In this document: in pieces, positions 45,847-55,509 of the stretch
Position numbering within the stretch: the first letter of the stretch is position 1
Layout of the letters: every line of letters starts with the position of its first letter
IMG/VR virus record: IMGVR_UViG_3300042260_000361
Coordinates: 1-55,622 of that record
DNA length: 55,622 nt
Reading direction: 5' to 3' (one strand)
From: a virus
Taxonomy: Duplodnaviria; Caudoviricetes
Program-made: the position numbers and the translations under genes
Notes under the pieces: model-generated
Told to the model about the DNA's origin: nothing
What the model saw: the letters and a program-made list of their open reading frames with translations, nothing else
The model's database searches: none

Positions 45847-48153
45847 ATGCCAACAATATTAGAATTATTTCAAGGGTCATCAAATAATATTACTCCATCT
45901 CCATCGGAGTTTTTTCCCGTGCAAAAAAAATTCAAAGGTTCTACTCAAGAAAAAAGTGTTAAATCAAATACTGAAACCTTAATTGAAGAAGAAACTAAAG
46001 GTATAAGAGTAAAAACTGCAGTTGAGTTAAACAACCCACGTTTATATGGTAATGAATCGGTTCGTATTATGAATCGAACTACCAAATCAGTTGAAGATAT
46101 GAAAGGTTCAACTGGTGGAACATCTGCTACCGGTGGGATAATTGGTAAAGGATTAGGTGCATTGACCGGTGGTAAAATTACATCAATATCAGGTGTTAGA
46201 GATTTTGTAAATACCAAATTAGGCATTCCCTCAAACGCAATTCCAACTTATGTTAATAAGACAGGTGAATTACAAAAAGGTAAAGAACAAGATACAATGA
46301 TTACTTTAGCAAAAATTAAAAATGATGCTAAAGGAACGTTGTTAGGTCAATTATTAAAACAAAGTGGTGGGGGAACTCCTGCTACGATTGGAAAACAAAT
46401 ATTAGGTAAAGGAATCTCATTAGGTAAAGAAAAACTTAGAGGTTTCTTATTTGGTCAACCTACTCAAATGGGAACTAATAATTCTAAACCAGCAAATGGT
46501 GGATGGGATTATAGTTCACAATCAAATTATTCAACTCAAATTCGTGAAGCACGTGCACAAAATGAAGCACCAACGGTTGAGGGGGTTGATAAAGCTAAAT
46601 CTGATGCTTTGAAAAAAGCAAATGATATTAAACAAAAAGGTCAAGAAAAATTAGGTAATTTAATTGGTTCTGCAAAAGATAAATTAAAAGGAACATCTAA
46701 ACAAACGGTAGCACCTGCAATTGATCAAGCAGTTGAATCTCAAACACAAACTAAAACAACACCAACATCGGAACTCCCATATACTAAAACATTGGATGGG
46801 TATAAGAATGAAGGTGGTGATGAAAAACTAACTAGAATTGATTTATCATTGGTATCGCCAATCTATGGAGTTGATAGAAAAAGCACAAGTGGTAAATATG
46901 GAACATCGGAATATGCATTTCAGGATGTAAAAAATAATACAGGCGTATATTCACCCTATAATCCAGATAGTTCATATTCATCAACAAAGAAAAATAACTT
47001 AGAAACATATCATGGAATAAAAAATGGCAGTGATATGATAAATCGTAGTAGTAAATCTACGAAAGAAGCTAACGATTACTTAAATGATAGAGATTTAATT
47101 CCATTTTGGATAAGATCAAAATCTACGGGTGATACGATGCACTTTAGATCAATCATAACCGGACTATCCGAAACCGTATCTCCATCTTGGAGCACTAATA
47201 AATTTTTTGGTAATCCATTTAATTTTTATACATTTGATAGTGTTGAACGTAGTGTTTCATTTACATTAACTACATATTGTTTGAATCCAGATGAATTATC
47301 TAAAATGTGGACTAAAATTGAATTCTTAACAGATATCGCATATCCATCAATTAATTCATTAAAAACTAAACAACGATTCGTTACACCGCCTATAATTGAT
47401 TTTAGATTAGGTGATATGTATGATGCAAAAATCGGATTTATTGAATCATTGACATACAATATTCCAGATAATTCTACATGGGAAACCGTAGCAGATGGTG
47501 CGTTATTACCAAAGATAGTTGAAATTAATATTGGTATTAAATTTATTGAAACCGCAGATTCATCTGCTACTAAATATAGTATAGAACGTTCTAAAGATCA
47601 AATAAAACTTATAAATGATAGAAGATCTAAACAAGGTGGTGCGTTCCAAACAGATTCAATATCAACAGATGAAAATACTAAACCATTACCAAAATTAAAT
47701 GCAAAAGGTATTGAACAAACTGAAGCACCAAAGGAAGGTGGTATAAATAAACCACAAACTGATTTAAAAACAAACACACCAACACCAACACCAGCAGCAT
47801 CAGAGAGTCCAACGGTAGCACCAACACAACCGGTAACTAAATTAGATGAAATACAAGCAAAAAATTTGGAAAAACTAAAAAGTAAAGGAATACCGGAAGT
47901 ATTTCACTATGGATTTAGTCAAATTGATGTGAATGTAGATTCAATTAAAAAAATACGAGATGGTGTTTATTATTATGAAACTACATATCATGATGTTGTT
48001 TCTAGGATGGTAGCAGAACAAACTGCAAATGGATATGATTCATCAAATATTGATATATGGATTCCACGATATAATAAAGGAGTTAATCCATTTGCTTCGA
48101 ATCCAAATGAAGGTAGTTCAACTGGTAAATTACAAACCGCATTACCATTTTAA
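45847..48153 (+). CDS. Baseplate/tail-tube initiator-like structural protein
   Basis: FRSIITGLSETVSPSW...YTFDSVERSVSF...PPIIDFRLGD...LPK tube-fold-like segment; follows the tape measure. Confidence 0.6.
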   Translation: MPTILELFQGSSNNITPSPSEFFPVQKKFKGSTQEKSVKSNTETLIEEETKGIRVKTAVELNNPRLYGNESVRIMNRTTKSVEDMKGSTGGTSATGGIIGKGLGALTGGKITSISGVRDFVNTKLGIPSNAIPTYVNKTGELQKGKEQDTMITLAKIKNDAKGTLLGQLLKQSGGGTPATIGKQILGKGISLGKEKLRGFLFGQPTQMGTNNSKPANGGWDYSSQSNYSTQIREARAQNEAPTVEGVDKAKSDALKKANDIKQKGQEKLGNLIGSAKDKLKGTSKQTVAPAIDQAVESQTQTKTTPTSELPYTKTLDGYKNEGGDEKLTRIDLSLVSPIYGVDRKSTSGKYGTSEYAFQDVKNNTGVYSPYNPDSSYSSTKKNNLETYHGIKNGSDMINRSSKSTKEANDYLNDRDLIPFWIRSKSTGDTMHFRSIITGLSETVSPSWSTNKFFGNPFNFYTFDSVERSVSFTLTTYCLNPDELSKMWTKIEFLTDIAYPSINSLKTKQRFVTPPIIDFRLGDMYDAKIGFIESLTYNIPDNSTWETVADGALLPKIVEINIGIKFIETADSSATKYSIERSKDQIKLINDRRSKQGGAFQTDSISTDENTKPLPKLNAKGIEQTEAPKEGGINKPQTDLKTNTPTPTPAASESPTVAPTQPVTKLDEIQAKNLEKLKSKGIPEVFHYGFSQIDVNVDSIKKIRDGVYYYETTYHDVVSRMVAEQTANGYDSSNIDIWIPRYNKGVNPFASNPNEGSSTGKLQTALPF

Positions 48154-48172
48154 TAAAAATAATATTTAAATT

Positions 48173-48460
48173 ATGTCAAGTAGATACGAAAATAATGAAA
48201 TTCAAAAATTAAAAGATGGTAGAGAGGTATATCGTAGTAGAATATATCCAAATATACCATTACAAGATTCGGATTTATATATCGTCACTCAAACGGGTGA
48301 TAGATTAGATACTCTTGCATATCAATATTATGAAGATGCATCACTTTGGTGGATTATAGCAACTGCTAACAATCTACATGATTCTCCATTTGCGTTTGCA
48401 GATGGAACTATATTAAGAATACCAGAAAACTACTTAGAAATTATTAATAACTTCAGATAA
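48173..48460 (+). CDS. LysM-like baseplate wedge protein (gp53/gpX-like)
   Basis: GDRLDTLAYQYY.DASLWWIIA.AN....G..LRIP motif. Confidence 0.85.
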   Translation: MSSRYENNEIQKLKDGREVYRSRIYPNIPLQDSDLYIVTQTGDRLDTLAYQYYEDASLWWIIATANNLHDSPFAFADGTILRIPENYLEIINNFR

Positions 48461-48471
48461 AATACAAAAAT

Positions 48472-50790
48472 ATGTTATTTCCAATGCTTTCCAATTTAGA
48501 CCCTACTTTGTCTGCAAAGATGAAATCTCGTGCGGGTAAAAATGAGTCAGTATCCAAATTAGTTTCTTGGTTAAGAATTTCTGCATCATCTGGCTTAGTA
48601 TTGGAAAGTTTATCGAACGATATGTCATTTGAAAATACATATGGTAATACAACGAAATCCGGTAGAGTAGGAAATACGTTTGCAGGAGAAGCTGTGTTTG
48701 CAGATGGTGAAGATAGAGGATTTCGACCATCACCGATAATTGAATCGGTATCAGTAACGTTCGGTGCAGGTGGTTTAACTAGAAAATGTAATTTTTCAAT
48801 AAAATGTTTTACATTACCCCAGGCAGAAAAAATATGTGAATATTTTTTAGAACCGGCATATACTTGTTTAGTAGAATACGGATATAATACACAAGCATCT
48901 TTACAAGAAAAGATAAAGTTATCTCCATGTGAAATCGCAAAATTTAATTCATATGAACATGTAAAGAAAAAGCAAAAAAAATCAAACTATACATACGATG
49001 GATTTATGGGTTATATTACAGGTGGTGGATTAAAATCGGGTGATAGTGAAACTTTTATTGTTGATTGTGAATTAACTACTATTGGTGAAATACCTGCGTA
49101 TTTACAACAACATAGGGGTGGTGGTGATTCATCCAAACCAATACCTAATGGTGGTAAAAAATATGATGTAGCAGATATTCAAACGGTAGCAGAAAGAGAT
49201 AGTGGTTCTAGAAATGGTAAGGCATTATTTATGCAAATGTATAATCGATTACCGCAGGCAAAGCAAACAAATAAAGTAAAAGCATTATCTGCAGGAGTTG
49301 ATGATGATGGTATTTCATGGAGTGATATTGGTAATTTCATTAATATGGATGATGAGATTAGAAAAAAAATGATGGAAGATTTAACAAATACTAAAGTTGA
49401 ATCTGAATCGGGAGATGCTCAGATACCAGAGGGTGCTCCATTAATTTCTGCACATTCATATATTCGATTGGCATTAGCATTTGAAATTTTAAATAGTTAT
49501 GAAGTAAATTTAGAATCTAAAGAAGCTTCTAATTGCTCCGGTTTATCAACTTTTAGTTATATTATTGATTATAAAAACACAATATGTAGAGCATTTCCAC
49601 TTATATTTTCTACTGATGGTAGTAAATTATTTATCCCTAATCCCAAATTACCTGATTTTGGTTTAATGGATGCACTTAAATCTGAAACTAAAAGTGATTT
49701 TAATATAGTAAGACCGAGTGGGTATGTTAAAACCATAGATGCTAGTCAAAAATTTGAAGGAAACACACATCAGTTCCCACAGCCAATTGATTTAAATTCA
49801 AGTAATTACAAATGGCCAAATGATTCCGTTCCATATAATATTGGTGCACGAAAGTGGGGATATTTAAAAGATGTATATATAAATTTTGAATTTTTCATTG
49901 ATGTATTGGGTAGAGCAAATTATGTCACAAAAGATATTTACTATGAATTATTAAATGGTATATCTACCGCAGTAAACTCAATTTGGCATTTTGAAATAAC
50001 TCAATTACCAAACCCAGATAAAAATGGTGCATATCATTTACAAATTGTTGATATGAATTTATGTGGAACAGATTCTACTGCATTTGAAAAATGTGTTAAA
50101 TTTAGAGCATCTGGAGTAGATAGTCCATTTTTAACTTCTGAATTATCAATGGATATGCCAGGAGCAATGAAAAATATGATAGTTGGAAAACGTAATTCTA
50201 ATAACTTAGATACTGCATCTGAAGGAAACCAACCTATACAATTCAAAACATTATTTGCAAAAAAACAAGATCCTGTAATTAAAATATTGGATAGTTTCAA
50301 AGAAAAAGAGATAGAAGCACCATATGTAGATCCAGATGATATCAATGGAGATAAAGTTGTTGATGAAGATGAAGCTAGAAAAGCTAATTATGAATTGTTC
50401 ATGTCTAAAGCAGTTGTCGTTCCTAATATAAAAGATAGAGTAGCAGATCATGATGCCGCAGAAGGTGCTTGGGCTAATGTATTTAATAATTCTGATGCAA
50501 ACATTGAAGAAATTGCGTTTGTTGCAGCATGGAATGATGTGGATTTATTTAGAAAAATAGATTTAAATAGTAGAGGTGCAGGAGATGCTAATAATTTATT
50601 ATTACCAATTGAATTTAAATTTACAACATTTGGTATATCAGGTATAAAAACCGGTGATATGTTTAGAATTATAGATTTACCAAAGAAATATACAACTACT
50701 ATATTTCAAGTAGTAGAAGTATCACATGAATTATCAAATAATTTATGGCAAACATCGGTAACTGGTAAAATGAGAAATATAGGAGGATAA
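48472..50790 (+). CDS. Putative baseplate hub protein
   Basis: Position after the LysM gene; C-terminal GISGIKTGDMF.I..LP..Y...FQVVEVSHEL...WQT hub-like strand pattern. Confidence 0.6.
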   Translation: MLFPMLSNLDPTLSAKMKSRAGKNESVSKLVSWLRISASSGLVLESLSNDMSFENTYGNTTKSGRVGNTFAGEAVFADGEDRGFRPSPIIESVSVTFGAGGLTRKCNFSIKCFTLPQAEKICEYFLEPAYTCLVEYGYNTQASLQEKIKLSPCEIAKFNSYEHVKKKQKKSNYTYDGFMGYITGGGLKSGDSETFIVDCELTTIGEIPAYLQQHRGGGDSSKPIPNGGKKYDVADIQTVAERDSGSRNGKALFMQMYNRLPQAKQTNKVKALSAGVDDDGISWSDIGNFINMDDEIRKKMMEDLTNTKVESESGDAQIPEGAPLISAHSYIRLALAFEILNSYEVNLESKEASNCSGLSTFSYIIDYKNTICRAFPLIFSTDGSKLFIPNPKLPDFGLMDALKSETKSDFNIVRPSGYVKTIDASQKFEGNTHQFPQPIDLNSSNYKWPNDSVPYNIGARKWGYLKDVYINFEFFIDVLGRANYVTKDIYYELLNGISTAVNSIWHFEITQLPNPDKNGAYHLQIVDMNLCGTDSTAFEKCVKFRASGVDSPFLTSELSMDMPGAMKNMIVGKRNSNNLDTASEGNQPIQFKTLFAKKQDPVIKILDSFKEKEIEAPYVDPDDINGDKVVDEDEARKANYELFMSKAVVVPNIKDRVADHDAAEGAWANVFNNSDANIEEIAFVAAWNDVDLFRKIDLNSRGAGDANNLLLPIEFKFTTFGISGIKTGDMFRIIDLPKKYTTTIFQVVEVSHELSNNLWQTSVTGKMRNIGG

Positions 50791-51179
50791 TGAGTATTTT
50801 AGATTCATATAAAAAATTAACTCAAAATAAATTATTTAGATTGAGAACAAATATTGAAACACATATTCCTACCCCAACCGAGGAAGAATATAAACGTGGC
50901 TGGATAACAAGATATTTTATACAACGAACAAATGATAAAACTTCACCTATATTTGAAGTAAATTCGAATCAGTTTTCAAAATCAATATCAAACGATTTAT
51001 ATACTGCAGTTTCAATACGGTGGAGATTAACTGGCCCTAAAGAAACTATATATGATTCGAATGGTAACCTTAAAGAAAAAAGTGTTTCGGAATCAAATCG
51101 TATTGCAATTCAGTTAGTATATGATAGAATTCCAAATTTAAAATTATATTTACCAAATCTTTTACAATTTTATAAATAA
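50790..51179 (+). CDS. Hypothetical baseplate-region protein
   Basis: PTPTEEEYKRGWITRYF...WRLTG; AGGAGG upstream. Confidence 0.6.
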   Translation: MSILDSYKKLTQNKLFRLRTNIETHIPTPTEEEYKRGWITRYFIQRTNDKTSPIFEVNSNQFSKSISNDLYTAVSIRWRLTGPKETIYDSNGNLKEKSVSESNRIAIQLVYDRIPNLKLYLPNLLQFYK

Positions 51180-51209
51180 TATATATTTATATAAAACAAA
51201 ATAAGTTAT

Positions 51210-51992
51210 ATGAGCAATTTTAAACATCTTACGAGAGAAGAAATTCAACAAATGACGTTCGATTGGCGTTATAGAGGTTGGACAGTATTACAATTACTTA
51301 CTGAAGAAGAGTGTGATGAAATCAACGCAGAATTAGAAAAGTTGAGAGTAGAACGTTCTAAAACCACTAAAGAAGGTGGTGAAGAGTGGGGAGAGTGGGA
51401 CCCGTTTGCATATCCACATAAAATTTCACCAAAATTAGAAAAATTATTTGCACACCCTAAAGTATTAGAGGCGTGTGAATTCTTAATGGAAGGTGATGTA
51501 GTTGGATTACAAACTTGGTCGTATTTTAAACCACCGGGACAATTAGGTAGAGATATGCACCAAAATGCATTCTATACTGGTTGTGGTCATAATGAAATTA
51601 TCAACACTGCATTGGCATTAGATAATCACGACAAAGAAAATGGTGCGGTATGGAACTACGAAGGTTCTCACAGATTACCGGTTTTACCAATCGAAGTTGA
51701 TGAAGAAAGAACACAAACAAATCCTAAATTTTGGAGAAACGAAAGAGGTAAACCTTGTGTAATGCCTGAAGGACATGATTTCCGTAAAATTGAAGGATAT
51801 TTACAAAAAGGACAAGTTGTATTATTACACTCACATTGTGTTCACGGTTCAGAACCAAATGATTCAAATCGTTTCCGTAGAAATTTCTTAGGTGGATATT
51901 TGAAAAAAGGTGCATACTTTAATCAAGGTGGTCATATGAAAAGAGAACCAATTGATATGTATGAATTGAGAAAACAACATTGGGGAGAATAG
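51210..51992 (+). CDS. PhyH-like Fe(II)/2-oxoglutarate dioxygenase
   Basis: FKPPG..G..MHQN, ALD....NG.....GSH and HGSEPN.SNRFRR motifs. Confidence 0.85.
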   Translation: MSNFKHLTREEIQQMTFDWRYRGWTVLQLLTEEECDEINAELEKLRVERSKTTKEGGEEWGEWDPFAYPHKISPKLEKLFAHPKVLEACEFLMEGDVVGLQTWSYFKPPGQLGRDMHQNAFYTGCGHNEIINTALALDNHDKENGAVWNYEGSHRLPVLPIEVDEERTQTNPKFWRNERGKPCVMPEGHDFRKIEGYLQKGQVVLLHSHCVHGSEPNDSNRFRRNFLGGYLKKGAYFNQGGHMKREPIDMYELRKQHWGE

Positions 51993-52013
51993 CCCATTGA
52001 TAATGAATACTTT

Positions 52014-52045
52014 ATAACCCATTGATTTTCAATGGGTTATTTTTT
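52014..52045 (+). terminator. Intrinsic terminator at the late/early boundary
   Basis: ATAACCCATTGA-TTT-TCAATGGGTTAT plus T-tract. Confidence 0.85.
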
Positions 52046-52072
52046 GCGATAAAAAAAGTAAAAATAATTGAT

Positions 52073-52138
52073 AAAATATTTGGAAATGTAAAATATTCTT
52101 CGTATGTTAGCTTTGTAATAAGAGATAAACAATTAAAA
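52073..52138 (+). promoter_or_regulatory. Early promoter cassette, copy 2
   Basis: TTTG (52079)-N20-TATGTTAG (52103), followed by CTTTGTAATAAGAG. Confidence 0.8.
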
Positions 52139-52147
52139 TATAAAAAT

Positions 52148-52390
52148 ATGAAAATTAGAGAATTTTATTTAGAGAATTACCCATCAGATGAGTTAGGTGT
52201 TGAAATTAATAAAGAAGCAACATTCGGTGGATTGTGGGCCGCAATTCGTAGTGGTATTGTGTATGATTACATCGGTGTTTATGATAGTATTGTAAGAGAA
52301 AGATGCTTTGAAAAACTTTCAGAATTATCTGGACATGATTATGAATACATTTACAACGAATGGGTAGTATCCGAATACATTGTATCTTAA
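52148..52390 (+). CDS. Small early hypothetical protein
   Basis: Start revised from 52022 (which overlaps the terminator and promoter) to the ATG at 52148. Confidence 0.7.
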   Translation: MKIREFYLENYPSDELGVEINKEATFGGLWAAIRSGIVYDYIGVYDSIVRERCFEKLSELSGHDYEYIYNEWVVSEYIVS

Positions 52391-52416
52391 ATAATAACCC
52401 TTAAAATATAAAATAT

Positions 52417-52665
52417 ATGAGTTATACAAAGTTTGATAGACATTCTAATATGAGTGGTGAAACGTTAAGTGAATTGATGGATATTCTAAAAGATATCCGT
52501 TGGGAAACAAGTTTCCAACTTAATAATATGATTTACGGATTATTCGATGGTTATTTATATGATGAATTGGTTTCAACGGCAAAATTAGAGGCATCATCGG
52601 AGAATTATAAACGAATAAAAAAAGTTGTAAATATAGTCAAAAATTATCCAAAAATATTTGGATAA
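52417..52665 (+). CDS. Small early hypothetical protein
   Basis: 82-aa ORF with an A-rich initiation region. Confidence 0.65.
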   Translation: MSYTKFDRHSNMSGETLSELMDILKDIRWETSFQLNNMIYGLFDGYLYDELVSTAKLEASSENYKRIKKVVNIVKNYPKIFG

Positions 52666-52715
52666 TTCGAAAAAAATACCTATATTAGCTTTGTAATGAG
52701 AGATAAACATTAAAA
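52651..52715 (+). promoter_or_regulatory. Early promoter cassette, copy 3
   Basis: TTTG (52657)-N20-TATATTAG (52681), followed by CTTTGTAATGAGAG. Confidence 0.8.
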
Positions 52716-52732
52716 CTTTAAAATATAAAATT

Positions 52733-53092
52733 ATGAGCTTACCATTTAGTCTTACTTCCGTTTTAGAAACCGCTTCTCTTATAGAAGGATATGGTGTTAT
52801 TAAAAATGCTTTCCCCGTTAAAGGACAATTTGTTGATAGGATTATTACATATCCAGAAGCAGTGTTCGATGCACTTGCGGAAGTTGCAGAAGATTATCAA
52901 GATTGGCCGGAAGACCAAGGGTTTGGTAGTTCTGATATGACATATGCTCGTAAATCATTTATCGATACGATGATTTCGATTGCTAACCTTAGAGGTTATT
53001 ACGAAACAAAGTTTGACCCTTATCTAAAAGTGGTTGAATATTCAGAAGCAGAATATCATGAAACTATGTTGAGAAGAGAACAAGGACTTTAA
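52733..53092 (+). CDS. Small early hypothetical protein
   Basis: 119-aa ORF directly after the promoter cassette. Confidence 0.65.
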   Translation: MSLPFSLTSVLETASLIEGYGVIKNAFPVKGQFVDRIITYPEAVFDALAEVAEDYQDWPEDQGFGSSDMTYARKSFIDTMISIANLRGYYETKFDPYLKVVEYSEAEYHETMLRREQGL

Positions 53093-53108
53093 TATTAAAA
53101 CATAAACT

Positions 53109-53465
53109 ATGAAAAAAATCAACAAAGACCAGATAATATCTTTTAAATTATCTGATATAAAAAAGATGGAAGGTTATAAGTTCTTTCCAGCAACTAAGGT
53201 AGTAATACCATTTACTAACATTGTATGGTCTGAATCCACTGGATATTGGGCAACCAAAAAAGATTCAATGTGGGATCAAATAGATGAAGATTCAACGAAT
53301 TACATTGTAATCGATAATGAATTATATCGCAAACCTACTATATATCTTTCATTCGCAAGTGGATGGAGAGATGATGTAATAAAATACTTTGATACTAAAG
53401 TAGATGCAGAAAAGTGGATATCTGCTAATGATTTAGATGATAACAATTGGATTAACGTTGATTAA
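53109..53465 (+). CDS. Hypothetical protein
   Basis: 118-aa ORF in a tightly packed operon. Confidence 0.6.
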   Translation: MKKINKDQIISFKLSDIKKMEGYKFFPATKVVIPFTNIVWSESTGYWATKKDSMWDQIDEDSTNYIVIDNELYRKPTIYLSFASGWRDDVIKYFDTKVDAEKWISANDLDDNNWINVD

Positions 53466-53468
53466 GGT

Positions 53469-53792
53469 ATGCGGACACAAACAATAGAATACTTTGATTG
53501 GTTTGATATCGAAAAAGAAATCTGTAAAGAGATGGGTATTGAAGAAAAATACTTTAGAGATTACCATAAGTTAGTTGGCGGTGAATATAAAGACCTATGG
53601 CACTTTTGGTTAGAATACTTTGATTCAGTTCCTAATAACGATACCATTGTATTCAATGATTTGGGTGAAACTATGGAATCGAAAATTGATTGGGTGAAAA
53701 TCAAAGGAGAGGATTGGGGAATCCCGTTTATCGAAGCTGTTTATAGAGTTTGGGATGAATATGAAATCGAATATATAAAATATAGTTGGTAA
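53469..53792 (+). CDS. Hypothetical protein (acidic, Trp-rich)
   Basis: 107-aa ORF in a tightly packed operon. Confidence 0.6.
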   Translation: MRTQTIEYFDWFDIEKEICKEMGIEEKYFRDYHKLVGGEYKDLWHFWLEYFDSVPNNDTIVFNDLGETMESKIDWVKIKGEDWGIPFIEAVYRVWDEYEIEYIKYSW

Positions 53793-53806
53793 TATAATAA
53801 CAAAAT

Positions 53807-54130
53807 ATGAAAGGTTGGTATTGCATATACGAGTGTAGTAAGAATCAATGGTTGATGCATAATCAATGGTGGCAAAAAGATAGAGATTTGAATATTGTGA
53901 ATATTCCCACACAAACTAAATTAGATAGTTATATAAATCATAGTGCTGATATGGAATATCATCTAATTCAGACTAATTACCAAAACGTATTAACACTTGG
54001 AGATACTAAGGTAGGTGCATGGAGTATTTTAACTTTTGAAACACTACAAAATGCAGAAAAATATTTACTCAATGCTGGATTTTCTACAAACGAAGGTCAA
54101 TTCTACTCCATTCGTAAAATATACTTTTAA
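53807..54130 (+). CDS. Hypothetical protein
   Basis: 107-aa ORF in a tightly packed operon. Confidence 0.55.
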   Translation: MKGWYCIYECSKNQWLMHNQWWQKDRDLNIVNIPTQTKLDSYINHSADMEYHLIQTNYQNVLTLGDTKVGAWSILTFETLQNAEKYLLNAGFSTNEGQFYSIRKIYF

Positions 54131-54135
54131 ATAAA

Positions 54136-54167
54136 TTTGGAAATTATAAAAATAATCCGTATCTTTG
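54136..54167 (+). promoter_or_regulatory. Consensus Bacteroidota primary-sigma promoter
   Basis: TTTG (54136-54139)-N20-TATCTTTG (54160-54167). Confidence 0.85.
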
Positions 54168-54171
54168 TAAA

Positions 54172-55473
54172 ATGATTATAGTAGAATCTCAAAATGAGAT
54201 AGATGATTTTTTGAACCAATGGGAAACTCAATCCTCATTGGTTATACCTATTTGGTCTGATTTGGATTGTCATCCAATGAACACTCATTTATCTTTTTTA
54301 TATGTGAGATTTGAAGATGGTAAATATATCATACCATTCAATCACAATGATTGCGAAAATATTCAAATTGATTTATCTCAATCTACACAATCAAAGTGGG
54401 TATGGAATAAGAAAGGTATTTTACAAACTCCACTTAATTTACAAAACATTCGCGATATCCAATCGGAATCATTCTTCATCAATAATAATCTAATCGATTT
54501 AAACACGCAATTAGAACCCCTTACGAACTTTTATACTCGTTTGGGATTACGTGATGAATTAGGTAAATCAATCCCTATAATGAAGTGGATTGAGGTATTA
54601 AATACTATTACAAACGGATGGTCATTTTTACCACTTTTTTCAAATAATGGTAATATTGAGAAAAACTCACTTTTACCACTAAGTTGGGTTGATGAGACGA
54701 TGATTCCCATTCTTTCAGATATCGAGAATATGGGCCTCCGTGTCGATACCGAAAAATTTTTTGATAGATGGCCATCTAATTCCAAACATTTGCGTAACGA
54801 TATCATTTGGACCGAATATAACCCATATACCCTTACCTCACGTCCCTCAAACCGACATGGGGGTATCAACTTTGGTGCACTTAATAAAAAAGATGGATCA
54901 AGAGAAGTCTTCATTCCAAGAGAAAACACAATCTTTTTACAATTCGATTATGATGCATACCACGTACGGATTATTGGTAAGATGATTGGATACGAATTAC
55001 CTACGACTTCCGTCCACCAATGGTTAGCAGACCAATATGGGTGTCCTTATGATGAATCGAAAGGAAGAACGTTTCGAATTCTTTATGGGGGTGTGAGTGA
55101 AGAAGATAAGGAGATTCCGTTTTTTAAGAAGGTTGATGAGTTCATCCAACGGGTCTATACCGAATCCCAACAAAGAGGATACCTCCTAACTCCAAAGGGA
55201 AGGAAGATACCTCTAAATTGGATTGAAGGGTCAAATCCCCAAAAGGTATTTAATTATCTTTTACAAGCAATGGAAACAGAATTTAATATGGAAGTTCTTA
55301 AAAGATTGAAAGTCCAAAATCACCCGTTGCCGATTCTTTATACCTACGACTCATTTTTATTTGAGTATAATTTAAGTTGGGATACTGAAAGGGCAAAGGA
55401 AATTAAGTCCGTTCTTCAAAGTTTTGGATTTCCCGTAAAAGCGAGTTGGGGAACGGATTACTCAAAACTTTAA
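54172..55473 (+). CDS. Short family-A DNA polymerase-like protein
   Basis: TSRPSN, motif A FDYDAYHVR, motif B SKGRTFRILYGG, NYLLQA, motif C YTYDSFLF. Confidence 0.85.
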   Translation: MIIVESQNEIDDFLNQWETQSSLVIPIWSDLDCHPMNTHLSFLYVRFEDGKYIIPFNHNDCENIQIDLSQSTQSKWVWNKKGILQTPLNLQNIRDIQSESFFINNNLIDLNTQLEPLTNFYTRLGLRDELGKSIPIMKWIEVLNTITNGWSFLPLFSNNGNIEKNSLLPLSWVDETMIPILSDIENMGLRVDTEKFFDRWPSNSKHLRNDIIWTEYNPYTLTSRPSNRHGGINFGALNKKDGSREVFIPRENTIFLQFDYDAYHVRIIGKMIGYELPTTSVHQWLADQYGCPYDESKGRTFRILYGGVSEEDKEIPFFKKVDEFIQRVYTESQQRGYLLTPKGRKIPLNWIEGSNPQKVFNYLLQAMETEFNMEVLKRLKVQNHPLPILYTYDSFLFEYNLSWDTERAKEIKSVLQSFGFPVKASWGTDYSKL

Positions 55474-55509
55474 TATTTATATACTAAAGGAAAAAGAATT
55501 TAGTATATT

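Noticed and set aside
2766-54985. Minus-strand and nested alternative-frame ORFs in the track (e.g. 4536-4943, 25643-26044, 26051-26512, 44363-44725, 54531-54929)
   Set aside because: Nearly all lie within or antisense to well-supported + strand genes and have no motifs or initiation signals; they look like shadow ORFs from codon bias.
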